Assembly (NCBI GenBank): GCA_965237415.1
Contig: CBDEFM010000002.1
Location: 3,264,001 to 3,328,000 of the forward strand
DNA from: Alphaproteobacteria bacterium
Lineage (GTDB): Bacteria; Pseudomonadota; Alphaproteobacteria; UBA828
Direction of reading: 5' to 3'
DNA: 64,000 bases
Part shown: one piece after another, positions 30,564-41,475 of the stretch
Numbering within the stretch: position 1 is the first letter of the stretch
Layout: each line of letters starts with the position of its first letter
Made by a program: the position numbers and the translations under genes
Notes under the pieces: generated by a model
What the model saw: the letters and a program-made list of their open reading frames with translations, nothing else
Told to the model about the DNA's origin: nothing
Database searches by the model: none

Positions 30564-31499
30564 ATGAAGCTCGACCCCGCGCTTGCGGAGATCCTCGCCT
30601 CGCTCGACCCGAGCGCTGAGACGCCGGTCGAGGCGATGACGCCGGAAGACGCGCGCAGGGTGTGGAAGGAGGAGATGGCGGCCGTCGCCGGCCCGCGGCT
30701 GCCGGTGAAATCCGTCAGCACGCACGAGGCGCCCGGGCCTGCCGGGCCGCTCGCGGTGCGCCTCTACGAGCCGGAGGGGGCCGGCGCCGGCCCGCAGCCG
30801 ATCCTCGTCTACTGCCACGGCGGTGGCTGGATTCGCGGCGACCTCGACACCCACGACGATGTCTGCCGCTACCTCTGCCATCACGCGGGCTGCCTGGTGG
30901 CGTCGGTGGCCTATCGCCTCGCGCCGGAGCACCGCTTCCCCGCAGCACTTGAGGACTGCGACGCCGCGACCCGTTGGGTGGCGGAGAACGCCGCCCGCCT
31001 CGGCGCCGATCCGGACCGTCTCGCCATCGGCGGCGACAGCGCCGGCGGCAACATCGCCTGCGGGGTGACGCTCAAGGCGCGCGATCGCGGCCGCCCGGCA
31101 ATCGCCTTTCAACTCCTCATCTATCCGGCGACCGACCTCGCCGGCGAGACCGAGTCCAAGCGGCTCTACTCCTCGGGCTACCTGCTCGACTCGATGCCCT
31201 TCTACGTCGCGAGCTACCTGGGGCCGGAGGGCGATGCGGCCGCGCCGCTCGCCTCGCCGCTGCTGGCGCCGGACCTTTCCAACCTGCCACCGGCCTTCGT
31301 AATGACCGCCGGCTTCGATCCGCTGCGGGACGAGGGCGAGGCCTACGCCAGGCGGCTAGAAGCGGCAGGCGTGCCCACGGACCATCGCTGCCATGAGAGC
31401 ATGATCCACGGCTTCGTCTCGATCACCGGCCTGATCGAGAATGCCGAGGCCGGTTTGGCCGACGCGGCGGCGGCGTTGCGTGCCGCCTTCAACCAGTGA
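30564..31499 (+). CDS. Alpha/beta hydrolase (HSL-family esterase)
   Basis: HGGGW, YRLAPEH, GDSAGG, DPLRDEG, HGF. Confidence 0.92.
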   Translation: MKLDPALAEILASLDPSAETPVEAMTPEDARRVWKEEMAAVAGPRLPVKSVSTHEAPGPAGPLAVRLYEPEGAGAGPQPILVYCHGGGWIRGDLDTHDDVCRYLCHHAGCLVASVAYRLAPEHRFPAALEDCDAATRWVAENAARLGADPDRLAIGGDSAGGNIACGVTLKARDRGRPAIAFQLLIYPATDLAGETESKRLYSSGYLLDSMPFYVASYLGPEGDAAAPLASPLLAPDLSNLPPAFVMTAGFDPLRDEGEAYARRLEAAGVPTDHRCHESMIHGFVSITGLIENAEAGLADAAAALRAAFNQ

Positions 31500-31515
31500 G
31501 AGAGGGAGCGGCGCC

Positions 31516-32295
31516 ATGAGCGAAGGATTCGCCGGCCAGGCCTGCGTGATGACGGGCGCGGGTGGGGGCATGGGGCTTGCCATCGCCAGCGCGCTCCGCG
31601 CCGAGGGCTGCGCAGTCACCGCCATCGACCCCAAGCCCGAGCCGCCCGAGTTTGCCGAAGGCGCCGGTGCCGCCGGGCGCTACGTCGAGGGCGATGCCAC
31701 CGACGAGGCGCTGGTCGCACGCACCGTCGCAGACGCCTTCGACGCGTGCGCGCGGCTCGACTATCTGGTCAATGCCGCCGGCGTCGGCTGGTACGACCGG
31801 GACGGCTCCATCGCCGACATGGAGATGGCGATCTGGCACCGGGTGATGGAGATCAACCTCACCGCGTCCGCGCTCATGGCGCGCCATGCCGTGCCTTTGC
31901 TCCGGCGCACCGGCGCGGGCGGGGCGATGGTCCACATCGCGAGCGTCGTGGGACTGCGCAACATGGAGAACATCCTGGTGGACGGGCCGATCGACGCCTA
32001 TCAGACGTCGAAGGCGGGGCTGTCGGCGCTCTCGCGCTCGCTTTCCATGCAACTTGGGCCCGACGGCATTCGCTCCAACACCATCTGCCCCGGCGCGGTC
32101 CTGACGCCCATGACGGCGCCCGGCTACGAGGCCGATCCCAGCCGCGCCGACGCCATGATCGCGCGCACGCCGTTGGGCCGCCTCGGCCAGCCGGAGGACA
32201 TCGCCCACGCGTGCCTCTTCCTGCTCTCGGACAAGGCGTCCTTCATCACCGGCATCGACCTCGTCGTCGACGGCGGGATCATGGCCAAGCTCTGA
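31516..32295 (+). CDS. SDR-family oxidoreductase
   Basis: TGAGGGMG, NAAG, YQTSK. Confidence 0.9.
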   Translation: MSEGFAGQACVMTGAGGGMGLAIASALRAEGCAVTAIDPKPEPPEFAEGAGAAGRYVEGDATDEALVARTVADAFDACARLDYLVNAAGVGWYDRDGSIADMEMAIWHRVMEINLTASALMARHAVPLLRRTGAGGAMVHIASVVGLRNMENILVDGPIDAYQTSKAGLSALSRSLSMQLGPDGIRSNTICPGAVLTPMTAPGYEADPSRADAMIARTPLGRLGQPEDIAHACLFLLSDKASFITGIDLVVDGGIMAKL

Positions 32296-32331
32296 AGCGA
32301 GACCGACTATAACGGACTCAGCCCGGCGCGC

Positions 32332-32862
32332 TTACGCGGCGAAGGTGCCGAAGGCGCCGCGGGAGTAGAGCAGGGGCTCCTGCGCCGAATCGGTGCGGAC
32401 CGCCTGCACCCGGCCGGTGAGCACCGTGTGGGTCTCGGCCCGGAGCGTCTGGCCGAGCAGACAGTCGAAGCTCGCCAATGCGTCCATCAGCACCGGCGCG
32501 CCGGTCTCGAGCGTGCCCCAGTCGCCGGTGGTGAAGCGCTCAGGCACCCGCGCGGAGGAGGCGAACTGCGCGGCGAGGTCGAGGTGCTTCGCGCTCAGCA
32601 CGTTGACGCAGAAGACCCGGCTCTGCAGCGTGGGGTCGTGCGCGCCCGCCTCGCGATTGACGCAGGCGAGCAGCATCGGCGGCGCGGCGCTCAGCGAGCA
32701 GACTGCCGTGGCGGTCAAGCCGATGCGCCGCTCGCCGATGGAGGTCGTGACGATGGTGACGCCGGCCGCGAGCTGGCGCATGCCCTCCTTGAAGTTGTCA
32801 GAATCGATCGCGACCACGGGCGCGGTCAGAGAATCGAAATCGAAATCGTCCAACAGCGACAT
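32332..32862 (-). CDS. Flavin reductase (HpaC-like)
   Basis: GVTIVTT, GLTATAVCSLSAAPP, THTVLTGRV. Confidence 0.9.
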   Translation of the reverse strand: MSLLDDFDFDSLTAPVVAIDSDNFKEGMRQLAAGVTIVTTSIGERRIGLTATAVCSLSAAPPMLLACVNREAGAHDPTLQSRVFCVNVLSAKHLDLAAQFASSARVPERFTTGDWGTLETGAPVLMDALASFDCLLGQTLRAETHTVLTGRVQAVRTDSAQEPLLYSRGAFGTFAA

Positions 32863-32966
32863 TCAGCCCTCTCCCGGCGCGGCGCCTGTGCTACGCCCAA
32901 GCGCCACCGGCACATTATGAAGACCGCCGCCGCAGCGGTCCACGGCGCGGAGGTCACGGCCGGCCA

Positions 32967-33611
32967 TCAGTAGGCGACCGGGAGCGGATCCAGGCTCCGC
33001 CACAGGTGCCAGACCGCCACCGAGCGCCACGGCCGCCAGCATTCGGCATGCGCCTCGACCTTCTCCGGGCCCATGGTCTCGCCATCGCCGTAGAGCTTGC
33101 CCATGGCGCGGCGTACGCCGATATCGGCGAGCGGCAGCACGTCCGGCCGCTGCAGGTGGAAGATCAGGACCATCTCGGCGGTCCAGCGGCCCACCCCCCT
33201 CAGCGCCAGCAGGTCGTCGGTCACCGCCTCGTCGTCGGCGTCTTGCCAGCGATCCGGGTCGATCGTCCCTGACACGAAGCCGATGGCGATGTCGCGCAGG
33301 TAGCTGGCCTTGCGCCGGGTGAGACCGGCGCCGTGCAGCGCTTCTTCGGAGTGGGCGGCGACCTCGGGCGGAGCAACGGTGCCGACGCAGGCCTCCAGCC
33401 GTGCCCAGATGCTGTCCGCCGCGTGCACCGAAATCTGCTGGGCCACGATGGCGCGTGCGAGGGTGAGGAAGGGGTCGCCCTGTCCGACCAACCCTTCGCC
33501 CTCATAGTTCGCGATGAGTCCCGCCATCACCGAGTCGGCGGCGGCAAGCGCGGCGCGCGCCTCGTGCCAATAGGCCGGCTGTCCCAGCGGTCCGCTCGCC
33601 CATCGCGGCAT
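32967..33611 (-). CDS. alkA: DNA-3-methyladenine glycosylase II (AlkA family)
   Basis: AIVAQQIS, HhH LRGVGRWTAEM, DIGVR, WRPWRS. Confidence 0.85.
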   Translation of the reverse strand: MPRWASGPLGQPAYWHEARAALAAADSVMAGLIANYEGEGLVGQGDPFLTLARAIVAQQISVHAADSIWARLEACVGTVAPPEVAAHSEEALHGAGLTRRKASYLRDIAIGFVSGTIDPDRWQDADDEAVTDDLLALRGVGRWTAEMVLIFHLQRPDVLPLADIGVRRAMGKLYGDGETMGPEKVEAHAECWRPWRSVAVWHLWRSLDPLPVAY

Positions 33612-33644
33612 GGCGTTCCTCTCTCCGTTTCCGATAAGTCTGCG

Positions 33645-34634
33645 TCAGCGCCGGGCGAAGCTCGGCATGGGCTCCTCGATGCCCTCCGGGTCGGCGTGGA
33701 TAAGGACCTCCGCGTGGGGGAAGACCTTGCGGATACGGGCCTCGACGTCGTCGGAAATCTCGTGGGCGCGGAGCAGCGTGAGCGAGCTGTCCATCTCGAC
33801 GTGGACCTGGATGAACGAGTCGATGCCCGAGCGGCGGGTCCTGAGGTCGTGGCAATTGCGCACATCCGGGTGTTCCAGCACAATCTGCCGGATGCGCTCG
33901 CGGTCTTCTTCCGGGAATTCGCGGTCCATCAGCTGCTGGATCGCGCTTCTTGCGACGCGGACCGCGGCGTGGATGATGACGGCGGCGATCACCAGCGCGA
34001 TGATCGGGTCGGCGAGCCCCCAGCCCACGGTCAGCGCCAGCGCTAGCGCCGCGATCACGCCGATATTCATCAAAATGTCGGAGGCATAGTGCAGGGCATC
34101 GGCCCTGATCGCGGTCGAGCCGGTCAGCCGCACGACCCGGCGCTGATACGTCACCAGCGCCGTGGTGACGATGATGGCAAAGACCATCACCCCGATCCCC
34201 ACCGGCGCGCGCGCGATCGGCTCCGGCTCGAGGATGCGGCCGACCGCCTCGACGATGAGGAAGATCGCAGACGCGCTGATGAAGAGCGCCTGGCCGAGGC
34301 CCGCCAGCGGCTCCGCCTTGCCGTGCCCGAAGCGATGCTCGCGGTCCGGCGGCTGGAGCGCCTGGCGCACGGCAAACAGGTTGATGAGCGAGGCGAGCAC
34401 GTCCATCACCGAATCTGCCAACGACGAAAGGATGCTGACGGAATCCGTGGCAAGCCAGGCACCGAGCTTGCCGACGATCATCAGCGCGGCGGCGGCGACC
34501 GCGAAATTGGTCGCACGGCGCATCAAGAGCCGCGCACGTTCAGGATCGATTTGGGGGTCGCTCGGGATTTCGGGTTTCACGCCGGGCGCGCTCCGTGCAA
34601 GAAGGCCTGGGACCGCTCCGAAATTGCGCGTCAT
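33645..34634 (-). CDS. fieF: Cation diffusion facilitator (FieF-like)
   Basis: [29 protein letters not shown]. Confidence 0.88.
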   Translation of the reverse strand: MTRNFGAVPGLLARSAPGVKPEIPSDPQIDPERARLLMRRATNFAVAAAALMIVGKLGAWLATDSVSILSSLADSVMDVLASLINLFAVRQALQPPDREHRFGHGKAEPLAGLGQALFISASAIFLIVEAVGRILEPEPIARAPVGIGVMVFAIIVTTALVTYQRRVVRLTGSTAIRADALHYASDILMNIGVIAALALALTVGWGLADPIIALVIAAVIIHAAVRVARSAIQQLMDREFPEEDRERIRQIVLEHPDVRNCHDLRTRRSGIDSFIQVHVEMDSSLTLLRAHEISDDVEARIRKVFPHAEVLIHADPEGIEEPMPSFARR

Positions 34635-34786
34635 CCTCGCGCCTCGTCGGCGGCGCGCGGTCTCATCTGCCGCTTATAGCACGGTCACGCGCGATATTCG
34701 TATGGGCACGGCCGATTGCTTGCGGTGCCGCGGGTTTCGTGTAGGATGCGGCAACGCGCGAGAAATCAACGCAAAACGAGGCTTCG

Positions 34787-35602
34787 ATGGCGGATGCTTC
34801 GCCGCTGATGGCGGGCAAGCGGGGCATCGTGATGGGCGTCGCGAACGCGCGCTCCCTCGCCTGGGGCGTAGCCCATTCCCTCGCCGATCACGGCGCGGAT
34901 CTGGCCTTCACCTTTCAAGGCAACGCGATCGAGAAGCGGCTCAGGCCGCTCGCCGAATCGGTGGGCTCCGACTTCGTGCTCCCCTGCGACGTGACCGACG
35001 AGGCGAGCGTCGATGCCACCTTCGAAGCGCTCGCCGAGCGCTGGGGCCACCTCGATTTCCTCGTCCATGCAATCGCCTATTCCGACAAGGAAGAGCTGAA
35101 GGGGCGCTATCTCGACACGACGCTCGAGAACTTCCAGAACACGCTTCAGGTCTCGTGCTACTCGTTCACGGCGCTCTGCCAGCGCGCTGTGCCGCTCATG
35201 GGCGCAGACGGCGGGGGCCTTCTGACTCTCACCTATATGGGGTCCGAGCGCTGGGTGCCGCACTACAACGTGATGGGCGTCGCCAAGGCGGCGCTGGAGG
35301 CGAGCGTGCGCTATCTCGCCGCCGATCTCGGCGATCGCAACATCAGGGTCAACGCGATTTCTGCGGGCCCGGTCAAGACGTTGGCTGCGTCGGGGATCGG
35401 CGATTTCCGCTACATCATGAAGTGGAACGAGTACAACGCCCCACTCAGGCGCAACGTCACGATCGACGAGGTGGGCGGTGCCGCCACCTATCTGTTGAGC
35501 GAGCTGGGCCGCGGCGTCACCGGCGAGGTCCATCACGTCGACTGCGGCTATCACATCGTCGGCATGAAGCGGCCGGACGCGCCCGATATCTCGGTGGTCT
35601 AG
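34787..35602 (+). CDS. fabI: Enoyl-ACP reductase FabI
   Basis: [36 protein letters not shown]. Confidence 0.95.
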   Translation: MADASPLMAGKRGIVMGVANARSLAWGVAHSLADHGADLAFTFQGNAIEKRLRPLAESVGSDFVLPCDVTDEASVDATFEALAERWGHLDFLVHAIAYSDKEELKGRYLDTTLENFQNTLQVSCYSFTALCQRAVPLMGADGGGLLTLTYMGSERWVPHYNVMGVAKAALEASVRYLAADLGDRNIRVNAISAGPVKTLAASGIGDFRYIMKWNEYNAPLRRNVTIDEVGGAATYLLSELGRGVTGEVHHVDCGYHIVGMKRPDAPDISVV

Positions 35603-35619
35603 GGCCGCCGCCTGCGACC

Positions 35620-36690
35620 ATGGCGAGCAACAGCTTCGGCCTGCTCTTCCGGGTCACGACCTGGGGCGAGAGCCACGGCCCGGCCATCGGCTGCGTGATC
35701 GACGGCACGCCGCCGCGTATCCCGCTTGCCGCATCCGACATCCAGCCCGCGCTCGACCGGCGGCGGCCCGGCACCTCCCGCTTCGTCACGCAGCGGCGCG
35801 AGTCCGACACCGTGCGCATCCTCTCGGGCGTCTTCGAGGGCCAGACCACCGGCACACCCATCGCGCTCGTGATCGAGAACGAGGATGCGCGGAGCCGCGA
35901 CTACGGCCCGCTCAAGGAGACGTACCGCCCAGGCCACGCCGATTTCACCTACGACGCGAAGTACGGCATCCGCGATTACCGGGGCGGCGGGCGGGCCAGC
36001 GCGCGGGAGACGGCGATGCGCGTGGCCGCCGGCGCAGTCGCGCAAAAGATTCTGGGCGCGGGGGTGACGATCCGGGGCGCCGTCATTCAGGTCGGCGAAA
36101 TCGGCGTCGACCGCGAGCGCTGGGACTGGGAGCAGACCGCGCGCAATCCCCTCTTTTGCCCCGATGCCGAGACAGTGCCCGACTGGGAGGCGGCACTCGA
36201 TGCGGCCCGCAAGGCCGGCACCTCCCTCGGTGCTGTTATCCAGGTGGAGGCGGACGGCGTGCCGGCGGGGCTGGGTGCACCGGTCTACGGCAAGATCGAT
36301 GCCGATCTCGCCGCCGCCATGGTCAGCATCAACGCGGTCAAGGGCGTCGAGATCGGCGCGGGTTTCGCCGCTGCTGCCATGAGCGGCGACGAGAGCGGCG
36401 ACGAGATCCGCATGGAGGGCGAGACACCGCGCTTTCTCGGTAACAATGCCGGCGGCGTGCTCGGCGGCATCACCACCGGTCAGCCGGTCGTGGTCCGCTT
36501 TGCGGTCAAGCCCACAAGCTCGATCCGCACGCCCCGCCGCACCATCACCCGCGACGGCGCCGAGACCGAGGTCTCGACCGGGGGCCGGCACGATCCCTGC
36601 GTCGGCATCCGCGCGGTCCCGGTGGGTGAGGCGATGATGGCCTGCGTGCTGGCCGACCATCTGCTGCGCCACCGCGCCCAGTGCGGCTGA
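35620..36690 (+). CDS. aroC: Chorismate synthase
   Basis: [36 protein letters not shown]. Start at ATG 35620; the ORF-track frame is over-extended. Confidence 0.96.
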   Translation: MASNSFGLLFRVTTWGESHGPAIGCVIDGTPPRIPLAASDIQPALDRRRPGTSRFVTQRRESDTVRILSGVFEGQTTGTPIALVIENEDARSRDYGPLKETYRPGHADFTYDAKYGIRDYRGGGRASARETAMRVAAGAVAQKILGAGVTIRGAVIQVGEIGVDRERWDWEQTARNPLFCPDAETVPDWEAALDAARKAGTSLGAVIQVEADGVPAGLGAPVYGKIDADLAAAMVSINAVKGVEIGAGFAAAAMSGDESGDEIRMEGETPRFLGNNAGGVLGGITTGQPVVVRFAVKPTSSIRTPRRTITRDGAETEVSTGGRHDPCVGIRAVPVGEAMMACVLADHLLRHRAQCG

Positions 36691-36745
36691 GGCGTCGCCG
36701 CCCGCCGACGCCCGTTCAAGCCGTCCACCGTCAGGGGAGAGAGCC

Positions 36746-37342
36746 ATGCCGGCAAAGCGAGCGCCGCGCACGCGCAAGGAGGAGCGCGTCCACGCGCTGC
36801 GCATACCCGATCAGCGCAAGAACCCGCCCGAGATCCGCGCGGTCTTCGCGCGCTGCCTGGAGAAGATCGGCTTCGTGCCGAACGTGCTCCGCTCCTACAC
36901 GCTGAGGCCGCGCAAGTTCGAGCTGTTCCGCCGCTACAACAATGAACTGATGCTGGGCGACTCCGGCCTCTCTCCCCTGGAGCGGGAAATGATCGCCGTC
37001 GTCGTCTCCTGCGTGAACCATTGCCACTATTGCCTGGTGGCCCACGGTGCGCAGGTCCGCGTCCTCTCCGGCGATCCGATCCTGGGCGACCAGCTCGTCG
37101 CCAACTACCGTGCGGTGCCGCTCTCGAGGCGCCAGCGCGCGATGCTTGATTTCGCCTGGAAACTCAGCGAGAGCCCGGATTCCGTGGGCGCCGCCGACCG
37201 CGCGGCGCTCCGCAAGGCAGGCTTCGACGACGCCGACATCTTCGACATCGCCGAGGTCGCGGGCTTCTACAACATGACCAACCGGCTCGCCGCCGCCATC
37301 GATATGCGCCCCAACCGGGAGTACTACGACATGGGCCGCTAA
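36746..37342 (+). CDS. AhpD-like peroxidase-related enzyme
   Basis: GFVPNV, EREMIAVVVS..NHCHYCLVAHG, NMTNR. Confidence 0.88.
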   Translation: MPAKRAPRTRKEERVHALRIPDQRKNPPEIRAVFARCLEKIGFVPNVLRSYTLRPRKFELFRRYNNELMLGDSGLSPLEREMIAVVVSCVNHCHYCLVAHGAQVRVLSGDPILGDQLVANYRAVPLSRRQRAMLDFAWKLSESPDSVGAADRAALRKAGFDDADIFDIAEVAGFYNMTNRLAAAIDMRPNREYYDMGR

Positions 37343-37375
37343 GGCGGGCGCGGAGATAGAGACCGAGAGAAGACG

Positions 37376-37412
37376 AAGAGGGCCTGCCCCGGTGACGGAG
37401 CAGGCCCTTTCG
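37376..37412. terminator. Intrinsic terminator between convergent genes
   Basis: AGGGCCTGC...GCAGGCCCT stem followed by TTT; pyrimidine run on the other strand. Confidence 0.6.
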
Positions 37413-37433
37413 CTTGGCGAAGTTCGTTCGGTT

Positions 37434-38339
37434 TTAGGGGAGCGCCGCTGACGCCGCCTCTTCCCGCTGCCGGCGGTGCGCCGCGCGCATCGTTTTCTGC
37501 AGCTTCTTGAAGGCGCGCTCCTCGATCTGGCGGATACGCTCGCGCGAGACCCCGTAGACTTGGCTCAGCTCCTGCAGCGTCGAGGGCTCTTCCTTCAGGC
37601 GCCGCTCGGCCAGGATGTGCTGCTCGCGGTCGGTGAGCACATCGAGCGAGTCCCTGAAGAGCTGCCTGCGGTGGTCCAACTCGTTCGCTTCGAGAATATC
37701 AGTCTCGTGGCTCTCGCCGGGATCCTCCAGCCAGTCCATCCACTCGCCGCCGCCTTCTTCGCGGACCGGTGCGTTGAGGGACTGGTCGGGGCCCAGCATC
37801 CGCCGGTTCATGGAGATCACGTCGGCAGCCGGGACGTTGAGCGTCGTTGCGATATGCTCGACCTGCTCGGGCGTCAGATCGCCGTCGTCGATCGCCTCGA
37901 TCTCGCCCTTCAGCTTGCGCAGGTTGAAGAAGAGCTTCTTCTGCGCCGCCGTGGTGCCCATCTTCACCAACGACCAGGAGTGCAGGACGTATTCCTGAAT
38001 CGAGGCGCGGATCCACCACATCGCATAGGTCGCAAGGCGGAAGCCGCGATCCGGATCGAAGCGCTTCACCGCCTGCATGAGGCCGATATTGCCCTCGGAG
38101 ATCAGCTCGCTCACCGGCAGTCCGTAGCCGCGATAGCCCATCGCGATCTTGGCCACCAGGCGCAGGTGGCTGGTCACGAGCCGGTGTGCCGCCTCGGAAT
38201 CGTCGTGCTCGCGCCAGCGCTTGGCCAGCATGAACTCCTCTTCGGGTGCGAGGAGCGGAAACTGCCGGATCTCGCGGAGATAGCGGGAGACGCCGCTCCC
38301 CTCCACTGTCGCCGGTATTGGGACGGCTCGCGATGTCAT
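37434..38339 (-). CDS. rpoH: RNA polymerase sigma-32 factor RpoH
   Basis: SHLRLVAKIA, RLATYAMWWI, RpoH box AQKKLFFNLR, SRERIRQIE; next to rluD as is usual in alphaproteobacteria. Confidence 0.95.
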   Translation of the reverse strand: MTSRAVPIPATVEGSGVSRYLREIRQFPLLAPEEEFMLAKRWREHDDSEAAHRLVTSHLRLVAKIAMGYRGYGLPVSELISEGNIGLMQAVKRFDPDRGFRLATYAMWWIRASIQEYVLHSWSLVKMGTTAAQKKLFFNLRKLKGEIEAIDDGDLTPEQVEHIATTLNVPAADVISMNRRMLGPDQSLNAPVREEGGGEWMDWLEDPGESHETDILEANELDHRRQLFRDSLDVLTDREQHILAERRLKEEPSTLQELSQVYGVSRERIRQIEERAFKKLQKTMRAAHRRQREEAASAALP

Positions 38340-38425
38340 CTTCCATCCCTCCTTACTAAAGAGCCCCTCCGATCTGTCGCAGGAGCCGCGCCCGGCTCTT
38401 TGGCCGACCCTGCGGGTACATGACA

Positions 38426-38456
38426 AGAATTGGCGGGTAAAAGAGGCGTTTTCAAG
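38426..38456 (-). promoter_or_regulatory. Putative sigma-32 promoter of rpoH
   Basis: Minus strand CTTGAA-N17-CCAATTCT. Confidence 0.5.
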
Positions 38457-38526
38457 GCAAATCTGCGCACGTCACATAAGTGTTATAGCCGCGTTATGGA
38501 ATACTTATAACAGTTTCTTGCCACCG

Positions 38527-39498
38527 CTAGCCGGCGGCGGACAACGCCTCGATAAGCGCCCGCATATCCGCTGGAAGCGGGCTCTCGAAGGCGAGTTCCG
38601 CGCCGCTCACGGGGTGGACGAAACCGAGCGCTGTCGCATGCAGCGCCTGGCGCGGGCAGTGCGCGAGCATGGCAAGCATGCGCTCGTCGAGGCGACGCCT
38701 GCGGGCGCCGCCATAGAGTGCATCGCCCAGGAGCGGGTGGCCGATGTGCGCCATATGGACCCTGATCTGGTGGGTGCGCCCGGTCTCCAGCCGGCACTCG
38801 ACGAGGCTCCAGAGCGCGCCCGACGATTGTAACACACGATAGCGCGTGACTGCCGGCTTGCCGCGGGTTTCGCGCACGGCCATCCGCTTGCGGTTACGGG
38901 GGTCGCGCCCGATGGCGCCCTCGATCCGCCTTTCGCCGGGCCTCGGTATGCCCCACACAACCGCGCGATAGGTCCGGCTCAGCTGCCGCGTGGCGAACTG
39001 TGCCGAAAGCCCGTGGTGCGCGGCATCGTTCTTGGCCGCGACCATGAGGCCGCTGGTGTCCTTGTCGAGACGATGGACGATACCGGGCCGCCGCACGCCG
39101 CCGATGCCGGAGAGGCTCGCGCCACAGTGGGCGAGGAGCGCATTGACCAGCGTGCGATCGGGGTTGCCCGGCGCCGGGTGGACGACCAGCCCGGCCGGCT
39201 TGTCCACCACGATCAGATCGTCGTCCTCATAGGCAACCTGGAGCGGAATCGCCTGGGCGCGAGGGGTCTCGTCGGTCGGCGGCGGGATGACGAGCGTCAC
39301 CGCTTGCCCCGGTTTGACCCGATATCCGGGCTCCGTTATCGTCTCGCCCGCGATCGAGACCCGGCCGGCCTCGATCAAGTTTTTGAGCCGCGAGCGGGAG
39401 AGCGCCGGCACGTGGTCTGCCAGCAGCCGGTCGAGCCGCGCGCGACCGTCCGCCCGAGCGACGGTGAACCGACGGCGCGATTCGGCGGCGGTGCTCAT
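38527..39498 (-). CDS. rluD: RluA-family pseudouridine synthase RluD
   Basis: S4 domain, KPAGLVVHP, HRLDKDTSG, TGRTHQIRVH. Confidence 0.93.
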   Translation of the reverse strand: MSTAAESRRRFTVARADGRARLDRLLADHVPALSRSRLKNLIEAGRVSIAGETITEPGYRVKPGQAVTLVIPPPTDETPRAQAIPLQVAYEDDDLIVVDKPAGLVVHPAPGNPDRTLVNALLAHCGASLSGIGGVRRPGIVHRLDKDTSGLMVAAKNDAAHHGLSAQFATRQLSRTYRAVVWGIPRPGERRIEGAIGRDPRNRKRMAVRETRGKPAVTRYRVLQSSGALWSLVECRLETGRTHQIRVHMAHIGHPLLGDALYGGARRRRLDERMLAMLAHCPRQALHATALGFVHPVSGAELAFESPLPADMRALIEALSAAG

Positions 39499-39512
39499 AT
39501 CCGGTACGGGCC

Positions 39513-39866
39513 ATGATCACCTATCTCAAGGTCATCGTCATCGTTCTCGGTGTGATGATTGCGGCAGGCCTTGTCGTGATCGGGATCAAGCTCGTCGAGA
39601 AGAGCGGCGAGCTGGCCGAGCTCACCGGGGACGAGGCCACGGACGCCACCGGCGAAGCGGCCACGGGCGCCCTGCCGGAGGCGACGGCGCTTCCCGCGCT
39701 CGGCGACCTTGGGCTGCCCGCGGGCTCGCAGGTGCGGCGGATGACCGCGGCGGGCCATCGGCTCATCCTCGTGGTTGCGGTGCCCGACGCCGGCGAGCGG
39801 ATTGTGATCGTCGACCTGCGCAGCGGCGGCACGGTTGCCAATATCGGGCTCGAGGGAGCGCCGTGA
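39513..39866 (+). CDS. Small membrane-anchored hypothetical protein
   Basis: N-terminal TM LKVIVIVLGVMIAAGLVVI; conserved-looking neighbour of rluD. Confidence 0.65.
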   Translation: MITYLKVIVIVLGVMIAAGLVVIGIKLVEKSGELAELTGDEATDATGEAATGALPEATALPALGDLGLPAGSQVRRMTAAGHRLILVVAVPDAGERIVIVDLRSGGTVANIGLEGAP

Positions 39867-40333
39867 GCGGCGCGGCGGTCCGGCTCACACCGGAGCAGTT
39901 GCAGGCCATCGAGCGGGCCGCGGAGCAAGCCTATCCGGAGGAAGCGTGCGGGCTGCTCGTCGGCCGCTGCGAGCCCGGCGAGAGGTATTTCGTAAACGCG
40001 GTGGAGGCGAGCGCCAACGTGGCGGAGCCGCCGCGCACCCGGCGTTTCGAGGTCGATCCCAAGCTCCGCCTGCGCCTGGAGCGTGACCTTCGGGAGAGCC
40101 CGGACTCGGTCATCGGCGTCTATCACTCTCACCCCAACGGCAGCGCCGAACCTTCGGAAACCGATCGCTCCATGATCTTCGAGCCAGCGATGGTCTGGCT
40201 GATTACCGCCGTGGCAGACGGCAGGGCTGGCGCCACCATGGTCTGGCGGCCGACAGAGGACGGCTCGGCGTTCCTGCCGCTCGGACTCGAACTCGACAGC
40301 GAGACGGCCGAGAACGGAAGCGAGGACGGATAG
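39863..40333 (+). CDS. M67/JAB (Mov34) metallopeptidase
   Basis: PEEACGLL, JAMM motif YHSHPNGSAEPSETD; GTG start at 39863. Confidence 0.9.
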   Translation: MSGAAVRLTPEQLQAIERAAEQAYPEEACGLLVGRCEPGERYFVNAVEASANVAEPPRTRRFEVDPKLRLRLERDLRESPDSVIGVYHSHPNGSAEPSETDRSMIFEPAMVWLITAVADGRAGATMVWRPTEDGSAFLPLGLELDSETAENGSEDG

Positions 40334-40335
40334 GA

Positions 40336-41385
40336 ATGGATTTTCGCAGCGATAACGTGGCCTCCGCCGCGCCGGAGATCGTCGACGCGGTAGCCCAAGC
40401 GGCGCGCGGAAGCGCCACACCCTATGGCGGCGATCCCTGGACGGAAGGCCTGGAGCCTGCGTTCTCCGAGCTATTCGAGACCGAGGTCAGGGTCTTCCCG
40501 GTGGTGACCGGGACCGCGGCAAACTCTCTGGCTGTCGCCACGCTGACGCCGCCCTGGGGCGTGATCTATGCGGGCCGCGCCGCCCATGTCGAGAACGACG
40601 AGTGCGGCGCGCCCGAGTTCATGACCGGCGGCGCCAAGGTGACGGGCATCGAGGAACGCTTCGGCAAGATCGTGCCGGCGGCGTTGGAGGCAGCGCTCGC
40701 CGCTGCCGGCACAGGCGAGGTCCACTGGTCGCAGCCGGCCTGCCTCAGCCTCACCCAGTCGACCGAGATGGGCCAAATTTACACGGCGGACGAGCTCGGG
40801 GTGCTGACCGGCATCGCACGCAACCACGGGCTTGCGGTCCATATGGATGGTGCCCGCTTCGCCAATGCAGTTGCCGGCAGCGGCAGGAGCCCGGCCGACC
40901 TCACCTGGCGGGCCGGCGTCGATGCGCTTTCCTTCGGTGCGACCAAGAACGGCGCGCTGGCGGCCGAGGCCATCGTCCTCTTCGATCATGAGGGCGCCGG
41001 CGATTTGGCTTTTCGCCACAAGCGGGCCGGGCAGCTTCTCTCCAAGATGCGCTTCGTCTCGGCCCAACTCGCGGCCTACATCGCGGACGGCCTCTGGCTC
41101 AGGCTGGCTGAACGCGCCAACCGCCAGGCACGCCGCCTTGCCGCCGGCCTTGAAGCAATACCCGGCGCGTCGCTTGCGGCGCCGGCGGAGGCCAACGAGC
41201 TCTTCGTCACCCTGCCGCGGGCGGTCATCGACGGGCTGGCCGAGGCCGGCGTCCTCTTCTACAGCTGGCCGGAGACCGATCCCGCGACGACCACGATCCG
41301 CCTCGTCACCCGCCACGACACCGAGGACGGCGAGGTCGATGCGCTGATCGAGACCGCGCACCGGCTCGCCACCGAAGCGGCATAA
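40336..41385 (+). CDS. ltaE: Low-specificity L-threonine aldolase
   Basis: MDFRSDN, GTAAN, HMDGARFANA, SFGATKNG. Confidence 0.88.
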   Translation: MDFRSDNVASAAPEIVDAVAQAARGSATPYGGDPWTEGLEPAFSELFETEVRVFPVVTGTAANSLAVATLTPPWGVIYAGRAAHVENDECGAPEFMTGGAKVTGIEERFGKIVPAALEAALAAAGTGEVHWSQPACLSLTQSTEMGQIYTADELGVLTGIARNHGLAVHMDGARFANAVAGSGRSPADLTWRAGVDALSFGATKNGALAAEAIVLFDHEGAGDLAFRHKRAGQLLSKMRFVSAQLAAYIADGLWLRLAERANRQARRLAAGLEAIPGASLAAPAEANELFVTLPRAVIDGLAEAGVLFYSWPETDPATTTIRLVTRHDTEDGEVDALIETAHRLATEAA

Positions 41386-41475
41386 CCGGCGCCGCGCAGG
41401 CTCGATAGACACCTGCCAAGCCCGACCCTAGAGTGATTGGGCAACAGACTCGGCCCAGATTGAGGAGGAGGCATC

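Noticed and set aside
34162-36690. 842-aa AroC and other N-terminally extended ORFs (MutS, GcvT 777 aa, UreG 284 aa)
   Set aside because: Extensions overlap neighbouring genes and lack homology; internal starts fit family lengths.
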